From an uncultured bacterium (GTDB lineage: Bacteria; Krumholzibacteriota; Krumholzibacteriia; Krumholzibacteriales; Krumholzibacteriaceae): DNA of 64,000 nt. The stretch is from positions 32,001-96,000 of the forward strand of contig CAWFAD010000005.1 of NCBI GenBank assembly GCA_963813815.1, written 5' to 3'. The first letter of the stretch is position 1, and every line of letters begins with the position of its first letter. The position numbers were made by a program, and so were the translations under genes. The notes under the pieces were generated by a model. The model was not told the DNA's origin, did not search any database, and saw only the letters and a program-made list of their open reading frames with translations. Positions 9,443 to 19,577 of the stretch are shown here, in pieces.

Positions 9443-10906
9443 TCACGACCGAGAGATCGTGCGGAGCGTCTCGCCGGCGCTGTTTTTCAATTCGACAACG
9501 AGAGGCATCTGACCGGGGAGGCTGTGCGTCGCGCAGCTGAAACAGGGATCGAAGATGCGGAACGCCATCTCGACCGTGTTGAGAAGCCCTTCGGTGACCG
9601 CGCCGCCGGCGCCGATGAACTTCTGGGCGGCCTTCTTGACCGCCATCGAGATCGGCGCGTTGTTGTTCGTCGTGCCGACGATGAGGTTCGCCTTCGTGAC
9701 GATGCCCCGTTCGTCGGTGACGAAGTGGTGCGTGAGCGTCCCGCGCGGCGCTTCGACGATGCCCACTCCCTCGGACGGCGTCGCCGACGGGATGACGCGG
9801 ACGTTCGGATCCAGTATCTCCGGATCGGCGACGAGCTCGGCGAGACGTTCCGCCGCGTAGACAAGCTCGATGAGCCGCGCCCAGTGGTGGGCCATGAGCT
9901 TGTGCACGGGCTTGCCGCCGAAGGTCGCGTACATCCTCTCGTACGCCTCCTGCGCCTTCGGGGTCGCCATGCCGACCGAGGCGTTCAGCCGCGCGAGCGG
10001 CGCCGCCTGATAGATCGAGGTGCCCTTCCCTTCCTTGAAGCCCTGCCAACCGAGCTTCTTGAGGTACGGGAACTTGAGATACGAGTACGGCTCGACGTGC
10101 TCGGCGACGTGCTCGAGGTACTCCGATTCGCGGTACCGGTCGATCTCCGCGCCCTCCGGATCGACGACGCGGACCGTCCCGTCGTAGAGCGTGACGCGGT
10201 TGCGGTCGTCGACGAGCCCCATGTAGTTCGTTACGAGCTCGAAGCCGTCGCCGAGGATGAGATCGAGGTAGGCCTTGTTCTTAAGCACGATGTCGTCGAA
10301 AAGCTTGAGACCAAGCTCGCCGAAGGAAACCAGCCCCGGAACGAAACCCTTGATCGTTTCGAGATCCGCCGGCGCGAGCGCCCGCGAGACCCCGCCCGGA
10401 AGGTTCCAGACCGGATGCGTCGCCCGCCCGCCGACCATCTGCTGGATGAGCTGCGTGATCTCGCGCTGGCGGATCACCTCTCGCCCGAGATCGAGGCCCA
10501 CCTTGCCGATGAGGCCGAGGATGTTGCGCTCGGCCGGGGGAGCGCCCGGCCCGACGACGAAATCGGGCGCCGCGAGCGCGTAGAAATGCGCCGTGTGGCT
10601 GTGCATGAAGTGCGCCATGTAGTACAGCTCGCGCAGCTTCGCGGCCACCGCCGGAATCTTCACCTTGTATACTGCATCTACGGCCTTACCCGAGGCCATG
10701 TGGTGTGCGGCCGGTCAAACCCCGCAGATGCGCGTGACGACCCTCGGTATCTCCTCGACGGGCAGACCTTCGACGAACTTTTCGAATCCCCTCAGCTCGG
10801 GGATCTGGAGGTACGCGTTCTCAACCGCGCCCTCGTCGTTCACGAAGATCATGATCTTCCCGTGCCCTTCGAGGCGAGTGATCGGGTCGATCGCGATGCG
10901 CTTCAT
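9443..10906 (-). CDS. mvhA: Group 3c [NiFe] hydrogenase large subunit MvhA, 487 aa if the in-frame TGA at codon 64 (10715-10717) is read through, probably as Sec
   Basis: MKRIAIDPITRLEGHG..RGFE..TRICGV[TGA]PAAHHMASGKA continues in frame into ORF 9443..10699; EAPRG; C-terminal DPCFSCATH plus a cleavable extension. Confidence 0.9.
10680..10699 (-). promoter_or_regulatory. Candidate bacterial SECIS hairpin inside mvhA
   Basis: mRNA AUGGCCU-CGGGUA-AGGCCGU: 7-bp stem starting 16 nt after the UGA, with G at loop position 2. Confidence 0.6.
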
Positions 10907-11856
10907 ATCCTCTTCCTCCTCGGTATCGATGACGCGAGGCTGAACCGGTGGAGCGTCGTGAGCGGCGCCACCACCGTGTCGAGCGTCGCATTGATCTCGT
11001 TTTCCTCCTTGCCGTCGATGACGGACGCGAGCGCGCTCAGCATCTTGAGCCCCTGATCCGTCACGCCGTCGAGCGGCCCGTAGCAGCCCCGGCAGGGCAC
11101 CCCCGACTTGATGCAGCGCGAGCCGCACCCCGAACGCGTCGCCGGACCGAGGCAGAGGTACCCCTGCTCGAGAAAGCACGTTTCGGGATCGGGGAGCTTC
11201 TCGTGCGTGCGGTAGATCCGCGTGATCTTTTTTTCGCTCTTTATGCGCGCGCATTCGTCGCAGAGGGCGCGTTCGCCGGCGCCGATCACGCTCCCCTTCC
11301 GAGGCAGCATGTCGTCTGCGATGAGCCCGATCGCCGAATAGATCTGGAGGGAGGCGGGCGGACAGCCGGGGATCGTGTAATCGACCTCGACCACCTGCGA
11401 GAGCGTCTTGACGGTATTGTAGAAGCGCGGCAGCTCGAGCTCGAGCCCGTCCTGCACGGTCCGTTCCTCCGGCAACACTCCGCCCGGGTTGTCGGTCGAT
11501 TCCGATTCGATATAAACGCGGCGCAACGTCTCGTCGCGCGTGAACATGTTCGAGAGCCCCGGGATGCCCCCGACGTGGGCGCAGGCGCCGAGAGCGATCA
11601 TCATTTTCCCCTTCCGGCGGAGGAGCTTCGCGATCTCCTCGTTTTCCGAATTGCGGATGGCGCCGCTGAAGAACACCGCGTCGAGAAAACCGTCGGGCAT
11701 GGCGCGCACGTCGTCGTACTTGAAATCCATCGCGATCGGCCAGAAGAGGATGTCGGCCGCCCCCGCGATCTCGAGAATCTTTTCGTGCGTGTCGAGAATC
11801 GCGACGTCGCATCCCCCGCACGCCGCTCCCCAATATATGCCGATCTTGAGCTTCAT
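10903..11856 (-). CDS. mvhG: Hydrogenase small subunit MvhG
   Basis: ACGGCD, GACA..GGIPG, PGCPP, CDEC, CFLEQGYLCLGPATRSGC..C..PCRGC. Confidence 0.92.
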   Translation of the reverse strand: MKLKIGIYWGAACGGCDVAILDTHEKILEIAGAADILFWPIAMDFKYDDVRAMPDGFLDAVFFSGAIRNSENEEIAKLLRRKGKMMIALGACAHVGGIPGLSNMFTRDETLRRVYIESESTDNPGGVLPEERTVQDGLELELPRFYNTVKTLSQVVEVDYTIPGCPPASLQIYSAIGLIADDMLPRKGSVIGAGERALCDECARIKSEKKITRIYRTHEKLPDPETCFLEQGYLCLGPATRSGCGSRCIKSGVPCRGCYGPLDGVTDQGLKMLSALASVIDGKEENEINATLDTVVAPLTTLHRFSLASSIPRRKRI

Positions 11857-11860
11857 CTCG

Positions 11861-12337
11861 TCATACTCCGGTTTCTTGCGCCGCCGCGCCTTCGCCGTGC
11901 AGGACGTCCCGCTTCATGCTTTCGAGCACCGACTCCTTGAGAGCGAGCGGGCCGAGGGCGCGGATCTGCTCGGTGAACTCGTCGACGACGCGTCCGAAGC
12001 GATCCCCCTCCGATGCGGAGATCCACTCGAGACGCACCCTCTCGGGCTCGATGCCGTACTCGGGAAGGACGCGTCTGAGGAGGAGATACCGCCGCAGCGC
12101 CTTGTAATTTCCCTCCAGATAATGGCAATCCCCCGGGTGGCATCCGCCGATGAGCACCCCGTCGGCTCCCTCCGCGAGCGCCGTCAGGATGAACACGGGA
12201 TCCACGCGACCGCTGCACATGACGCGTATCGACCGGACGTTCGGGCTGTACTTCACGCGCGCGGTCCCTGCCAGATCGGCGCCCGTATAGGTGCACCAGT
12301 TGCAGAGGAACCCCACGATTCTCGGTTCAAACGCCAT
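11861..12337 (-). CDS. mvhD: [2Fe-2S] subunit MvhD
   Basis: FLCNWC..GAD, MCSGRVDP, GCHPGDCHY, WISASEG. Confidence 0.95.
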   Translation of the reverse strand: MAFEPRIVGFLCNWCTYTGADLAGTARVKYSPNVRSIRVMCSGRVDPVFILTALAEGADGVLIGGCHPGDCHYLEGNYKALRRYLLLRRVLPEYGIEPERVRLEWISASEGDRFGRVVDEFTEQIRALGPLALKESVLESMKRDVLHGEGAAAQETGV

Positions 12338-12362
12338 AGTTCGTTCCCTCTCGACTTCGCCC

Positions 12363-14381
12363 TCAGGTCACCGACAGCAGACCCTCGATCTCGGCGAGTA
12401 TCTGCTCGTTGCCGAAATGCTTGGCCTTGATCGCGTTGCTCGGGCACGCCGCCACGCACGTGCCGCATCCCTTGCAGAGCGCCTCGTTGATAACGCTGAC
12501 CTTCTTCTCCTCGTCGAACCTGATCGCGAGATACGGGCAGAGATTGTTGCAGATGCGGCAGCCCGAGCAGCGCTCCTCGTCGATCTCGGCCGTCGCAGCC
12601 TCGATCTCGATCTGCCCGCGCATGATCATGGAGAGCACGGCGCTCGAGGCCGCTGACGCCTGCGCGACCGTGTCGGGGATGTCCTTCGGCGACTGGCACG
12701 CGCCGGCGATGAAAACGCCGTCCGTCGCCGTCGACACCGGCCCGAGCTTCGGATGCTTTTCGATGATGAAGCCGTCCTTGCCGACGCTCACGCTGCATTT
12801 CTTCGCGAGCTCGGGAAGCCCCGCGGGCGCCTCGAGACCCGTGCAGAGAATCACCATGTCGACGGGAATGCGCCGCACGACGCCGACGAGCGTATCCTCG
12901 ACGCGCACGACGAGTTTGCCCTTTTCCCCCTCGTGTATCGGCAGGTCGGTGATCTCGCCGACCTTTCCGCGGATGAAACGGACGTCCTCGCCGAGCAGGC
13001 GGTCGTAAAACTCCTCGTACCCTTTGCCGAAGCACCGCAGGTCGATGTAGAAATTGTAGACCTCAGCCTCGGTCTTTTCCTTGATGAGGTGCGCGAACTT
13101 GAGCGCGTACATGCAGCAGACGCGCGAGCAGTACTCGTGCGCGTCCTTGTCGCGGCTTCCGATGCAATGGATGATGCCGATCGCCTTCGGCGTCGAGCCG
13201 TCGGCGAGAACGATCTTTCCGTCCGTGGAACCCGCGGCGCAGTTCATCATCTCGAACTCGATCGCCGTCACGACGTTCGGCAGGACGCCGTAACGGTAGC
13301 GCTTCATGGCCGCCGGATCGTAGGTCCGGAGCCCCGCGGCGATGATGATGTTGCCGACCTCGAACTCGTGAACGCGATCCTCCATGTCGTACCGGATCGC
13401 CTTGCGCTCGCAGATCTTCTCGCAGACGCGGCACTTTCCTTCCTGAAAGTAGCGGCACGAATCGCGGTCGATGACGGGCACCGCCGGAACCGCTTGCATG
13501 AACGGCATGTAGATGGCCGGCGCCGGATTCTGCTTGCCGCTCGATTTCTTGGCCCCGCGCGTGCCGATCGTGAGCTTGCGGTGGATGTTCGTCTCGTCCT
13601 CCGGGATGCGGCAGCCGGGGCAGCGTTCCCAGCACATGCCGCAGCCGTTGCAGAGCTCCCGGTCCACGTAGCGGGCCTTCTCGCGAATCTTCACCTTGAA
13701 GCTGCCGACGAATCCGCTCACTTCTTCGATCTCGGAGTAGGTGAGCAGCTTGATGTTCGCGTGCTGGCCGACCTGAACCATTCTCGGCGTCAGGATGCAC
13801 GCCGCGCAGTCGAGCGTCGGAAAGGTTTTGTCGAACTTCGCCATGTGTCCGCCGATCGAGGGCTCTCGTTCGACGAGCACGACCTCCTTGCCGGCGTCGG
13901 CGAGATCGAGGGCCGCCTGTATCCCCGCGATCCCCCCGCCGATGACGAGCGTGCGCGGGTTGATGGGCACGACGCGCTTCTCGAGCGGCTCCTGCCACGT
14001 GGACCGCCGGGCCGCCGCCGCGAGAAGGGCCTTCGCCTTCTCGGTGGCCGTTTTCCCGTCGATATGAACCCAGGAGCACTGCTCGCGGATGTTCGCCATC
14101 GTGAAGAGGTACGGGTTGACGCCCGATCGCTCGCATACCTTTCGGAACGTGTTCTCGTGCATGAGGGGCGAGCAAGAGGCTACGACGACGCGATCGACGA
14201 GCCCCTCCCGGATGTCCTTTTCGATCATGGCCTGACCGGGATCGGAGCACATGAACTTGTAATCGCGCACGATCTCCACGTTCGGAAGGGTTTTCGCATG
14301 TTCGACCACGGCGTCGACGTCGATTTTGCCGGCGATGTTCGTGCCGCAGTGACAGACGTATACTCCTATCCGTTCAGCCAT
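12363..14381 (-). CDS. hdrA: Heterodisulfide reductase subunit A (flavoprotein)
   Basis: CHCGTNI, NIREQCSWVH, GGGIAG, KTFPTLDC, CSRVCC, C-terminal ferredoxin motifs CSGCRIC and CKGCGTC..CP. Confidence 0.95.
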   Translation of the reverse strand: MAERIGVYVCHCGTNIAGKIDVDAVVEHAKTLPNVEIVRDYKFMCSDPGQAMIEKDIREGLVDRVVVASCSPLMHENTFRKVCERSGVNPYLFTMANIREQCSWVHIDGKTATEKAKALLAAAARRSTWQEPLEKRVVPINPRTLVIGGGIAGIQAALDLADAGKEVVLVEREPSIGGHMAKFDKTFPTLDCAACILTPRMVQVGQHANIKLLTYSEIEEVSGFVGSFKVKIREKARYVDRELCNGCGMCWERCPGCRIPEDETNIHRKLTIGTRGAKKSSGKQNPAPAIYMPFMQAVPAVPVIDRDSCRYFQEGKCRVCEKICERKAIRYDMEDRVHEFEVGNIIIAAGLRTYDPAAMKRYRYGVLPNVVTAIEFEMMNCAAGSTDGKIVLADGSTPKAIGIIHCIGSRDKDAHEYCSRVCCMYALKFAHLIKEKTEAEVYNFYIDLRCFGKGYEEFYDRLLGEDVRFIRGKVGEITDLPIHEGEKGKLVVRVEDTLVGVVRRIPVDMVILCTGLEAPAGLPELAKKCSVSVGKDGFIIEKHPKLGPVSTATDGVFIAGACQSPKDIPDTVAQASAASSAVLSMIMRGQIEIEAATAEIDEERCSGCRICNNLCPYLAIRFDEEKKVSVINEALCKGCGTCVAACPSNAIKAKHFGNEQILAEIEGLLSVT

Positions 14382-14382
14382 G

Positions 14383-15258
14383 TCATGCTCCCTGGAATAT
14401 TTCCTTGATCGGTTTCGTGAGCTTCACCGCGAGACGGTTGAGTCCGAGCTTCTCGGGCGGCAAGCCCAGCGCCACGCCGATGAGCTGGGTGAAGTAGAGA
14501 ATCGGAAGATTGAATTTCGTCTTGAACAGGGCGTTCACCTTTCCCTGGTACACGTCGAGATTCATCTGACAGAGCGGGCACGTCGTGACGAGGCAGTGCG
14601 CCCCCCTGCGCTCGGCGTCGAGGAGCAGGTTCCTGCAGAGCCGCATGGCGAGCTCCTCCTGCGTCCCCATGAGGGATGCGCCGCAGCAGGCGGTTTTCAT
14701 CCGGTAATCGACGTTTTCCGCCCCGAGCTTCTCGATGAGCTTGTTCATCTTGACCGGATCGTCCGGATCGTCGAAATCAGTCTCGGGACGGACGATCTGG
14801 CATCCGTAGTACGGCGCCACCTTGAGCCCCGTGAGCTTCTTCACGACGAGCGAGCCGATCGTGTCGCAACCGACGTCGCTGCACACCACGTCGAGCAGGT
14901 GGCGGACCCGCACGTTGCCGCTGTAGCTGAGGCCTCCCGCCTCGAGCGCCTGGCCGATCTTCTTGCGCAGATCCGGATATTCGGCGAAATACCGGTTCGT
15001 CTTGTTGAGAACGGTGTAGCAGGCGCTGCACGGCGTCACCACGTCGCGGTGATGCTGCTCGGCGAGCGCGAGGTTGCGCGCCGAGATCGCGAAGCTCATG
15101 AGCTCCTTCACCGACATGTAGGCGGTCGCGCCGCAGCAGTTCCAATCCTCGAGCTCCTCGAGCTCGAGCCCGAGCGCCGGCGCGATCGCGTCGATCGAGT
15201 CCCGATAGATGTTGGCGGTCGCGCGGACGGAGCAGCCGGGATAGTACGTGTATTTCAT
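14383..15258 (-). CDS. hdrB: Heterodisulfide reductase subunit B
   Basis: YYPGC, CCG (x2), PCSAC, YYGCQ, CPLCQMNLD (CCG domains). Confidence 0.95.
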   Translation of the reverse strand: MKYTYYPGCSVRATANIYRDSIDAIAPALGLELEELEDWNCCGATAYMSVKELMSFAISARNLALAEQHHRDVVTPCSACYTVLNKTNRYFAEYPDLRKKIGQALEAGGLSYSGNVRVRHLLDVVCSDVGCDTIGSLVVKKLTGLKVAPYYGCQIVRPETDFDDPDDPVKMNKLIEKLGAENVDYRMKTACCGASLMGTQEELAMRLCRNLLLDAERRGAHCLVTTCPLCQMNLDVYQGKVNALFKTKFNLPILYFTQLIGVALGLPPEKLGLNRLAVKLTKPIKEIFQGA

Positions 15259-15834
15259 CTAGATCTCCCCGAGCTCGTCGACCCTCTTGAGTATCTTTCG
15301 CAACTGCTGAATGTTCTTGATGCGATGCGGCAGGAGCGGGAGACGCCCGTTCGAGAAGAGTCGCCAGCCCTGCGGAACGAACTTGAACGCATGATGCGGT
15401 TCGGCTTCGAGAATATACCGCGCCATGAGCTCCGTCTCGTGGTTGCGGCCGTACTTGTTGACCATGCGCGCGAAGTTACGCGAAAGCACGACCGCTTTCT
15501 TCCCCTTGGTCTTGCCTTCGGCGACGGCCAGGCGCTTGAGGGCGTACATGACGTCGGTGATCTTTATGTTCTTCGGACACCGCACCGAGCAGGTGTAGCA
15601 GGACGAGCAGTACCATATCGTGTTCGAACGGAGGACCTCGTCGCGGAAGCCCGCCCGGATGAGGGAAAAGATCTTGCGCGGGCCGTGGTCCATGACGTAG
15701 CTCAGCGGGCAGGAGCTGCTGCACGTTCCGCACTGGATGCATTTCTTGATTTCGTGCCCTCCGGGGAGGGAGTAGATCTCGGTCAGAAAATCATGATCGA
15801 GCTTGTATTCGGCCACGATGTCCCTGTCGAGCAT
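15259..15834 (-). CDS. hdrC: Heterodisulfide reductase subunit C
   Basis: CIQCGTCSSSCP and CSSCYTCSVRCP. Confidence 0.93.
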   Translation of the reverse strand: MLDRDIVAEYKLDHDFLTEIYSLPGGHEIKKCIQCGTCSSSCPLSYVMDHGPRKIFSLIRAGFRDEVLRSNTIWYCSSCYTCSVRCPKNIKITDVMYALKRLAVAEGKTKGKKAVVLSRNFARMVNKYGRNHETELMARYILEAEPHHAFKFVPQGWRLFSNGRLPLLPHRIKNIQQLRKILKRVDELGEI

Positions 15835-15916
15835 TGCGACTCCTACGTTACGGGCGGGAAGGTGTCACGTATCCTGCAGCATCGAATCCTTGCCGTGGTT
15901 GGGCCATGAGCGCCTC

Positions 15917-15944
15917 ATAATACAGACATTTCTTGATTCGTCAA
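15917..15944 (-). promoter_or_regulatory. Putative sigma70 promoter of the hdr-mvh-hyp operon
   Basis: Minus strand TTGACG-16nt-TATTAT in an AT-rich intergenic region. Confidence 0.5.
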
Positions 15945-16204
15945 CGATAATTCAAAAGTCGCCCTTTGGCGAAAATGGGGTTCCCGGGCGCCCTTCATCA
16001 TTATAATTACGCTATACCGCAAAATCAACGACAAAATGCGAAGCGGAGCCCAAATCGCCTACCCCGCCCTTTTCTCGGGCGCATCGACGCCTCGGCGGCC
16101 GCTATTTTTTCATTCCCACGCGCCGTCCCCCCTGCCTTATATTGTTTCTGATACCGCTCATCCTTGAGGGCACATCGAACCGCTCAAAGAAGGGAATAAC
16201 GCAC

Positions 16205-17347
16205 ATGTCGAAAATGCCCCTCCTCGCCGCTCTTCTCGCCGCCTTTCTGTCGCTCGCGGGCTGCGGGACCGAGAAGTCGATCGCCCTCTATAACGATGGA
16301 ATCGACGCGGCCGCCCGCGAGGATTACGAGGAGGCCGCGCGGCTTTTCGCGCTCGCCGTCGAGCGCCGCGCCGACGATCCGCAGGCGCGCTACAACCTCG
16401 GCCTCGCCCTCATCGAGCTCGACCGCTTCGCGGAGGCCGAGACGCACCTCAGGGAGGCCGCCGCGCTCGATCCAATGGACCCCGAAGCGCAGGAGCTGCT
16501 CGGCACGAGCCTCGAGAAGCAGGGCAAGCTCCCCGAGGCCAAGGCGGCCTACCGGGCTTCCCTCAACATCAAACCGACTCACGTGCCCGCGTTGCTGGGG
16601 CTCGCGGCAATCGCTCTCGCGGAGAACCAGAACCGCGCCGCGCAGGATTACGCGACCGAGGCATCCGATCTCGACCCGAACAATCTCGAGGCGAACGTTC
16701 TGCTCTCGGAGGCATATTTCCGAAACGGCGAGTACAGCTCGGCCTACGGACAGATCCTCACGGCGAAGCGCCTCAAGCCGACCGACGAGACCGTTCAATT
16801 CCTCTTCGGGAAAATAGCCTACAGCCGGCGCATGTACGAGGATGCGCTCGACGCCCTCGCCGGCGCCCGCTCGCTCGGGCTCGCGAGCGACGAGCTCTTC
16901 CTCTACCTCGGGCTCACGAATCTCGCGCTCGGATCCCTCGGCGACGCGGAGCGCGATTTTCGGCTCTCGATCTACAAGAACGACGCGAACCCCCGCGCGT
17001 GGAGAGGGCTCGGAGAGACCTACATGGTCATGAAGAAATGGGCCGATGCGAACGACGCGATCGGGCGGGCCACCGGGCTCGATCCGGACGACGACCAGCT
17101 GGCGCTCGACCGAGCGCTCATCGCCATGAACACGGGAGATCTCGATCGCGCGGCGGCCGATCTCGAAGCGGTGATCGCGAAACCCGGCGCGCCGCAGACG
17201 ACGGGCTACTACTTGGGCCATGCCTATCTGAGACTGAGACGCGACGCCGATGCGAGAGCCGCCTTCGAGCGTTTCATAGCGATCTATGAGGGCGGAGGCG
17301 CTCTCCTCGACGAGGCGCGCGCGATCGTGGATCGTCTATCGCCCTGA
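16205..17347 (+). CDS. TPR-repeat lipoprotein
   Basis: Lipobox LAGC after a hydrophobic signal; repeated TPR patterns (ARYNLG..P, AWRGLG..P). Confidence 0.8.
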   Translation: MSKMPLLAALLAAFLSLAGCGTEKSIALYNDGIDAAAREDYEEAARLFALAVERRADDPQARYNLGLALIELDRFAEAETHLREAAALDPMDPEAQELLGTSLEKQGKLPEAKAAYRASLNIKPTHVPALLGLAAIALAENQNRAAQDYATEASDLDPNNLEANVLLSEAYFRNGEYSSAYGQILTAKRLKPTDETVQFLFGKIAYSRRMYEDALDALAGARSLGLASDELFLYLGLTNLALGSLGDAERDFRLSIYKNDANPRAWRGLGETYMVMKKWADANDAIGRATGLDPDDDQLALDRALIAMNTGDLDRAAADLEAVIAKPGAPQTTGYYLGHAYLRLRRDADARAAFERFIAIYEGGGALLDEARAIVDRLSP

Positions 17348-18250
17348 GCCGGCCGGCTCCCTCCCCGAAGACGGCGCCGCGCCGAATCGCAGGACGATAG
17401 CGATTCCCGCGAGCGCCACCGCGCCTCCCGCAACGGCCGTCCAACCCGGCGCCTCTGCGAGAACGAGCAACGCGAGAACGCTCGCCCCCACGGGTTCCCC
17501 GAGCGACGCGATCGCGACGACCGTCGCATCGAGATGCCGAAGCGCCCAGTTGAAAAGCGAATGTCCGATCGCCTGGCAGACGAGCGCCATGAGAAAGGCG
17601 TAGAGATACGTTCGCGGCTCCCAGCCGGCGAGCGAATCGCCCGAAACGGCCGCTCCCGCCACGAGCAGGACCGCCGCGATCGAGTAGACGGGAAAAACGT
17701 AGGCCGCGATCGACAGCTTGCGTCGCAGCGAGCTTCCCACGAGAAAATAGCCGGCGACGGCGATTGCGCCCCCGATCGCGAGAACGTCGCCTCCGGAGCG
17801 GGCGCTTCCCGGCGCGAGGTCCCCGCCGCCAATGACCGCTCCTCCCGCCAGCGCGAGCGCGAGACCCGCCCAGAACGCCGCAGGGACGCGCTTGCGCGAA
17901 ATCACCGCCGCGTAGAGGCCGACCCACAGGGGGCTCGTCGAAACGAGCACGACGCTGCTCGCGATTCCGGTTCGCGAGAGCGACGAGATCCACAGAATGA
18001 AGTGGAGCGCGAGAAAGCCGCCGGCGAGCGCGAGCGCCCCCCACTCCCCTCGCGAGAGGCCCCGTAGTTCCCGCCGCGTCGCCGCCGATCCGAGCGCCGG
18101 CGCGGCCACGAGAAGCGCCGAGAACACCATGCGCAGCGCCGCCACGACGGAGGGCGGCGCATCGGCGAGCCGCGCGAAGATCGCGCCGAACGAGAGCGCG
18201 ACGATCCCCGCTCCGAGAATGGAATGACACGTTGCGCGACCCGGGCTCAT
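17336..18250 (-). CDS. DMT/EamA family transporter
   Basis: About 10 hydrophobic helices; LHFILWISSL, GHSLFNWAL, LGEPVGA. Confidence 0.88.
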   Translation of the reverse strand: MSPGRATCHSILGAGIVALSFGAIFARLADAPPSVVAALRMVFSALLVAAPALGSAATRRELRGLSRGEWGALALAGGFLALHFILWISSLSRTGIASSVVLVSTSPLWVGLYAAVISRKRVPAAFWAGLALALAGGAVIGGGDLAPGSARSGGDVLAIGGAIAVAGYFLVGSSLRRKLSIAAYVFPVYSIAAVLLVAGAAVSGDSLAGWEPRTYLYAFLMALVCQAIGHSLFNWALRHLDATVVAIASLGEPVGASVLALLVLAEAPGWTAVAGGAVALAGIAIVLRFGAAPSSGREPAGSGR

Positions 18251-18386
18251 CGATCCTCCGCCGCGGCCCGCCGCTCCGCATCGAGTGGAAGAAGCGTCCG
18301 CGCCTTTTCTCTCAAGCACCGAATCATATTGAACGGGGACGGCTATTCAAGTAGATTCTGCCATCATCCGCGCTGGAGCGGCCGCC

Positions 18387-19169
18387 ATGAATGATAAGAC
18401 CGAAGAACGATCGCGCGACAGAGTCCTCGGGGAAGAATGGCTCGACTGGCACGGGAGCGCCGAGCCTTCCGTTATCCGCGAAGGGAAACGGACCTTTCTC
18501 TTGCTTTCGCTCGTCGTGCTCGCCGTTTTCCTTCTCGCCGCCGCTCTCTTCTGGTACCTCGTCCTTCCCCGCTTCGAGCAGTACGGTCGCGGGGCCGCCG
18601 CCGCCTTCACGGTGGTCGCGGCGTCCGGGGCCGCGTTCCTTCTCTTCTGGTACGGCCTCCTCATCGGATCCGTTCTCTCGCGCCGGCTCTATCTCGCCCT
18701 CTGCATGAGCCGCGGCCGCAGGCTTCTCTTCATGCTCTTTCCGTTCGTCGCGCGGCTCGCCTCGTCCCTCGGCATCTCGCGCGACCGCATCGGCCACTCC
18801 TTCATAGAAGTGAGCAACCGGCTCACCGCGGCATCCGGGGGAAGCGGCGTCGTGCTCGCGCTCATCCCCCGCTGTCTCCGCCCGGAGCTCAAGCGGGAGC
18901 TTCGGGAAATCTGCTCGGCCCATCCGGACGTCGTGCTCCACACGGCTCCCGGCGGCACCGAAGCGCGCGCCTACATCCGCGAGCTGCATCCGCGGGCGAT
19001 CGTCGCGGTCGCCTGCGAGCGCGATCTCATGGGAGGAATCCATGACGTCGCTCCGCACATCCCGGTCATCGGCGTTCCGAACTCGCGTCCGGCCGGCCCC
19101 TGCAAGGAGACGGTCATCGACATCGACGCCTTTCGCGAAGCGCTGCGGTTCTTCGGCGGGCCTTCGTGA
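18387..19169 (+). CDS. DUF116-like membrane protein
   Basis: Two N-terminal TM helices; PRCL, GGTEAR, AVACERDL, GPCKET. Confidence 0.75.
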   Translation: MNDKTEERSRDRVLGEEWLDWHGSAEPSVIREGKRTFLLLSLVVLAVFLLAAALFWYLVLPRFEQYGRGAAAAFTVVAASGAAFLLFWYGLLIGSVLSRRLYLALCMSRGRRLLFMLFPFVARLASSLGISRDRIGHSFIEVSNRLTAASGGSGVVLALIPRCLRPELKRELREICSAHPDVVLHTAPGGTEARAYIRELHPRAIVAVACERDLMGGIHDVAPHIPVIGVPNSRPAGPCKETVIDIDAFREALRFFGGPS

Positions 19170-19193
19170 AACCGGGGGCGGCGGACGGCAGGT

Positions 19194-19577
19194 TCAGATG
19201 GATTGAACGTTGTTTCGGGCGAGGAGCTCCGCGATCTTCTCGAGCAGCGTCCCCGTATTGAAGGGCTTCTCCATCCAGATGTCGGGGCTTATCGACGCCT
19301 CGTCTCCCTGTCCCCAACGGCTATGCGCCGTGAGCATGATCACGGGGACCCCGCTCAGTCCCTCGGCGCGGCGTATCCCGCGGCACACCTCCGCTCCGTC
19401 GAGCACCGGAAGCGTGAGATCCAGTATGACGAGATCGGGACGTTGCGCGAGCGCCGTCTCGAGACCCTCTTTTCCGTCGTGCGCGCTGATGGTTTCGTAT
19501 CCCGCGCGTTTCAGGATGAACTCCAGAATCTTCACGAGATGAACCTCGTCGTCGATTATGAGAATCCTCGGGGCCAT
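19194..19577 (-). CDS. Single-domain response regulator (receiver)
   Basis: ILIIDDE, DLVILDLTLP..DG, MLTA, KPF. Confidence 0.88.
   Translation of the reverse strand: MAPRILIIDDEVHLVKILEFILKRAGYETISAHDGKEGLETALAQRPDLVILDLTLPVLDGAEVCRGIRRAEGLSGVPVIMLTAHSRWGQGDEASISPDIWMEKPFNTGTLLEKIAELLARNNVQSI

Noticed and set aside
10715..10717. Genome-wide UGA reassignment (Trp/Gly code) as the explanation for the mvhA TGA
   Set aside because: TGA terminates many genes at their expected ends and forms ATGA overlaps (188-191, 10903-10906, 44311-44314), and the position requires Cys or Sec.
11861..14381. Selenocysteine in MvhD or HdrA, which are common selenoproteins elsewhere
   Set aside because: Both ORFs are uninterrupted, with Cys at the relevant motifs (CNWC, GCHPGDC, ASCSP).
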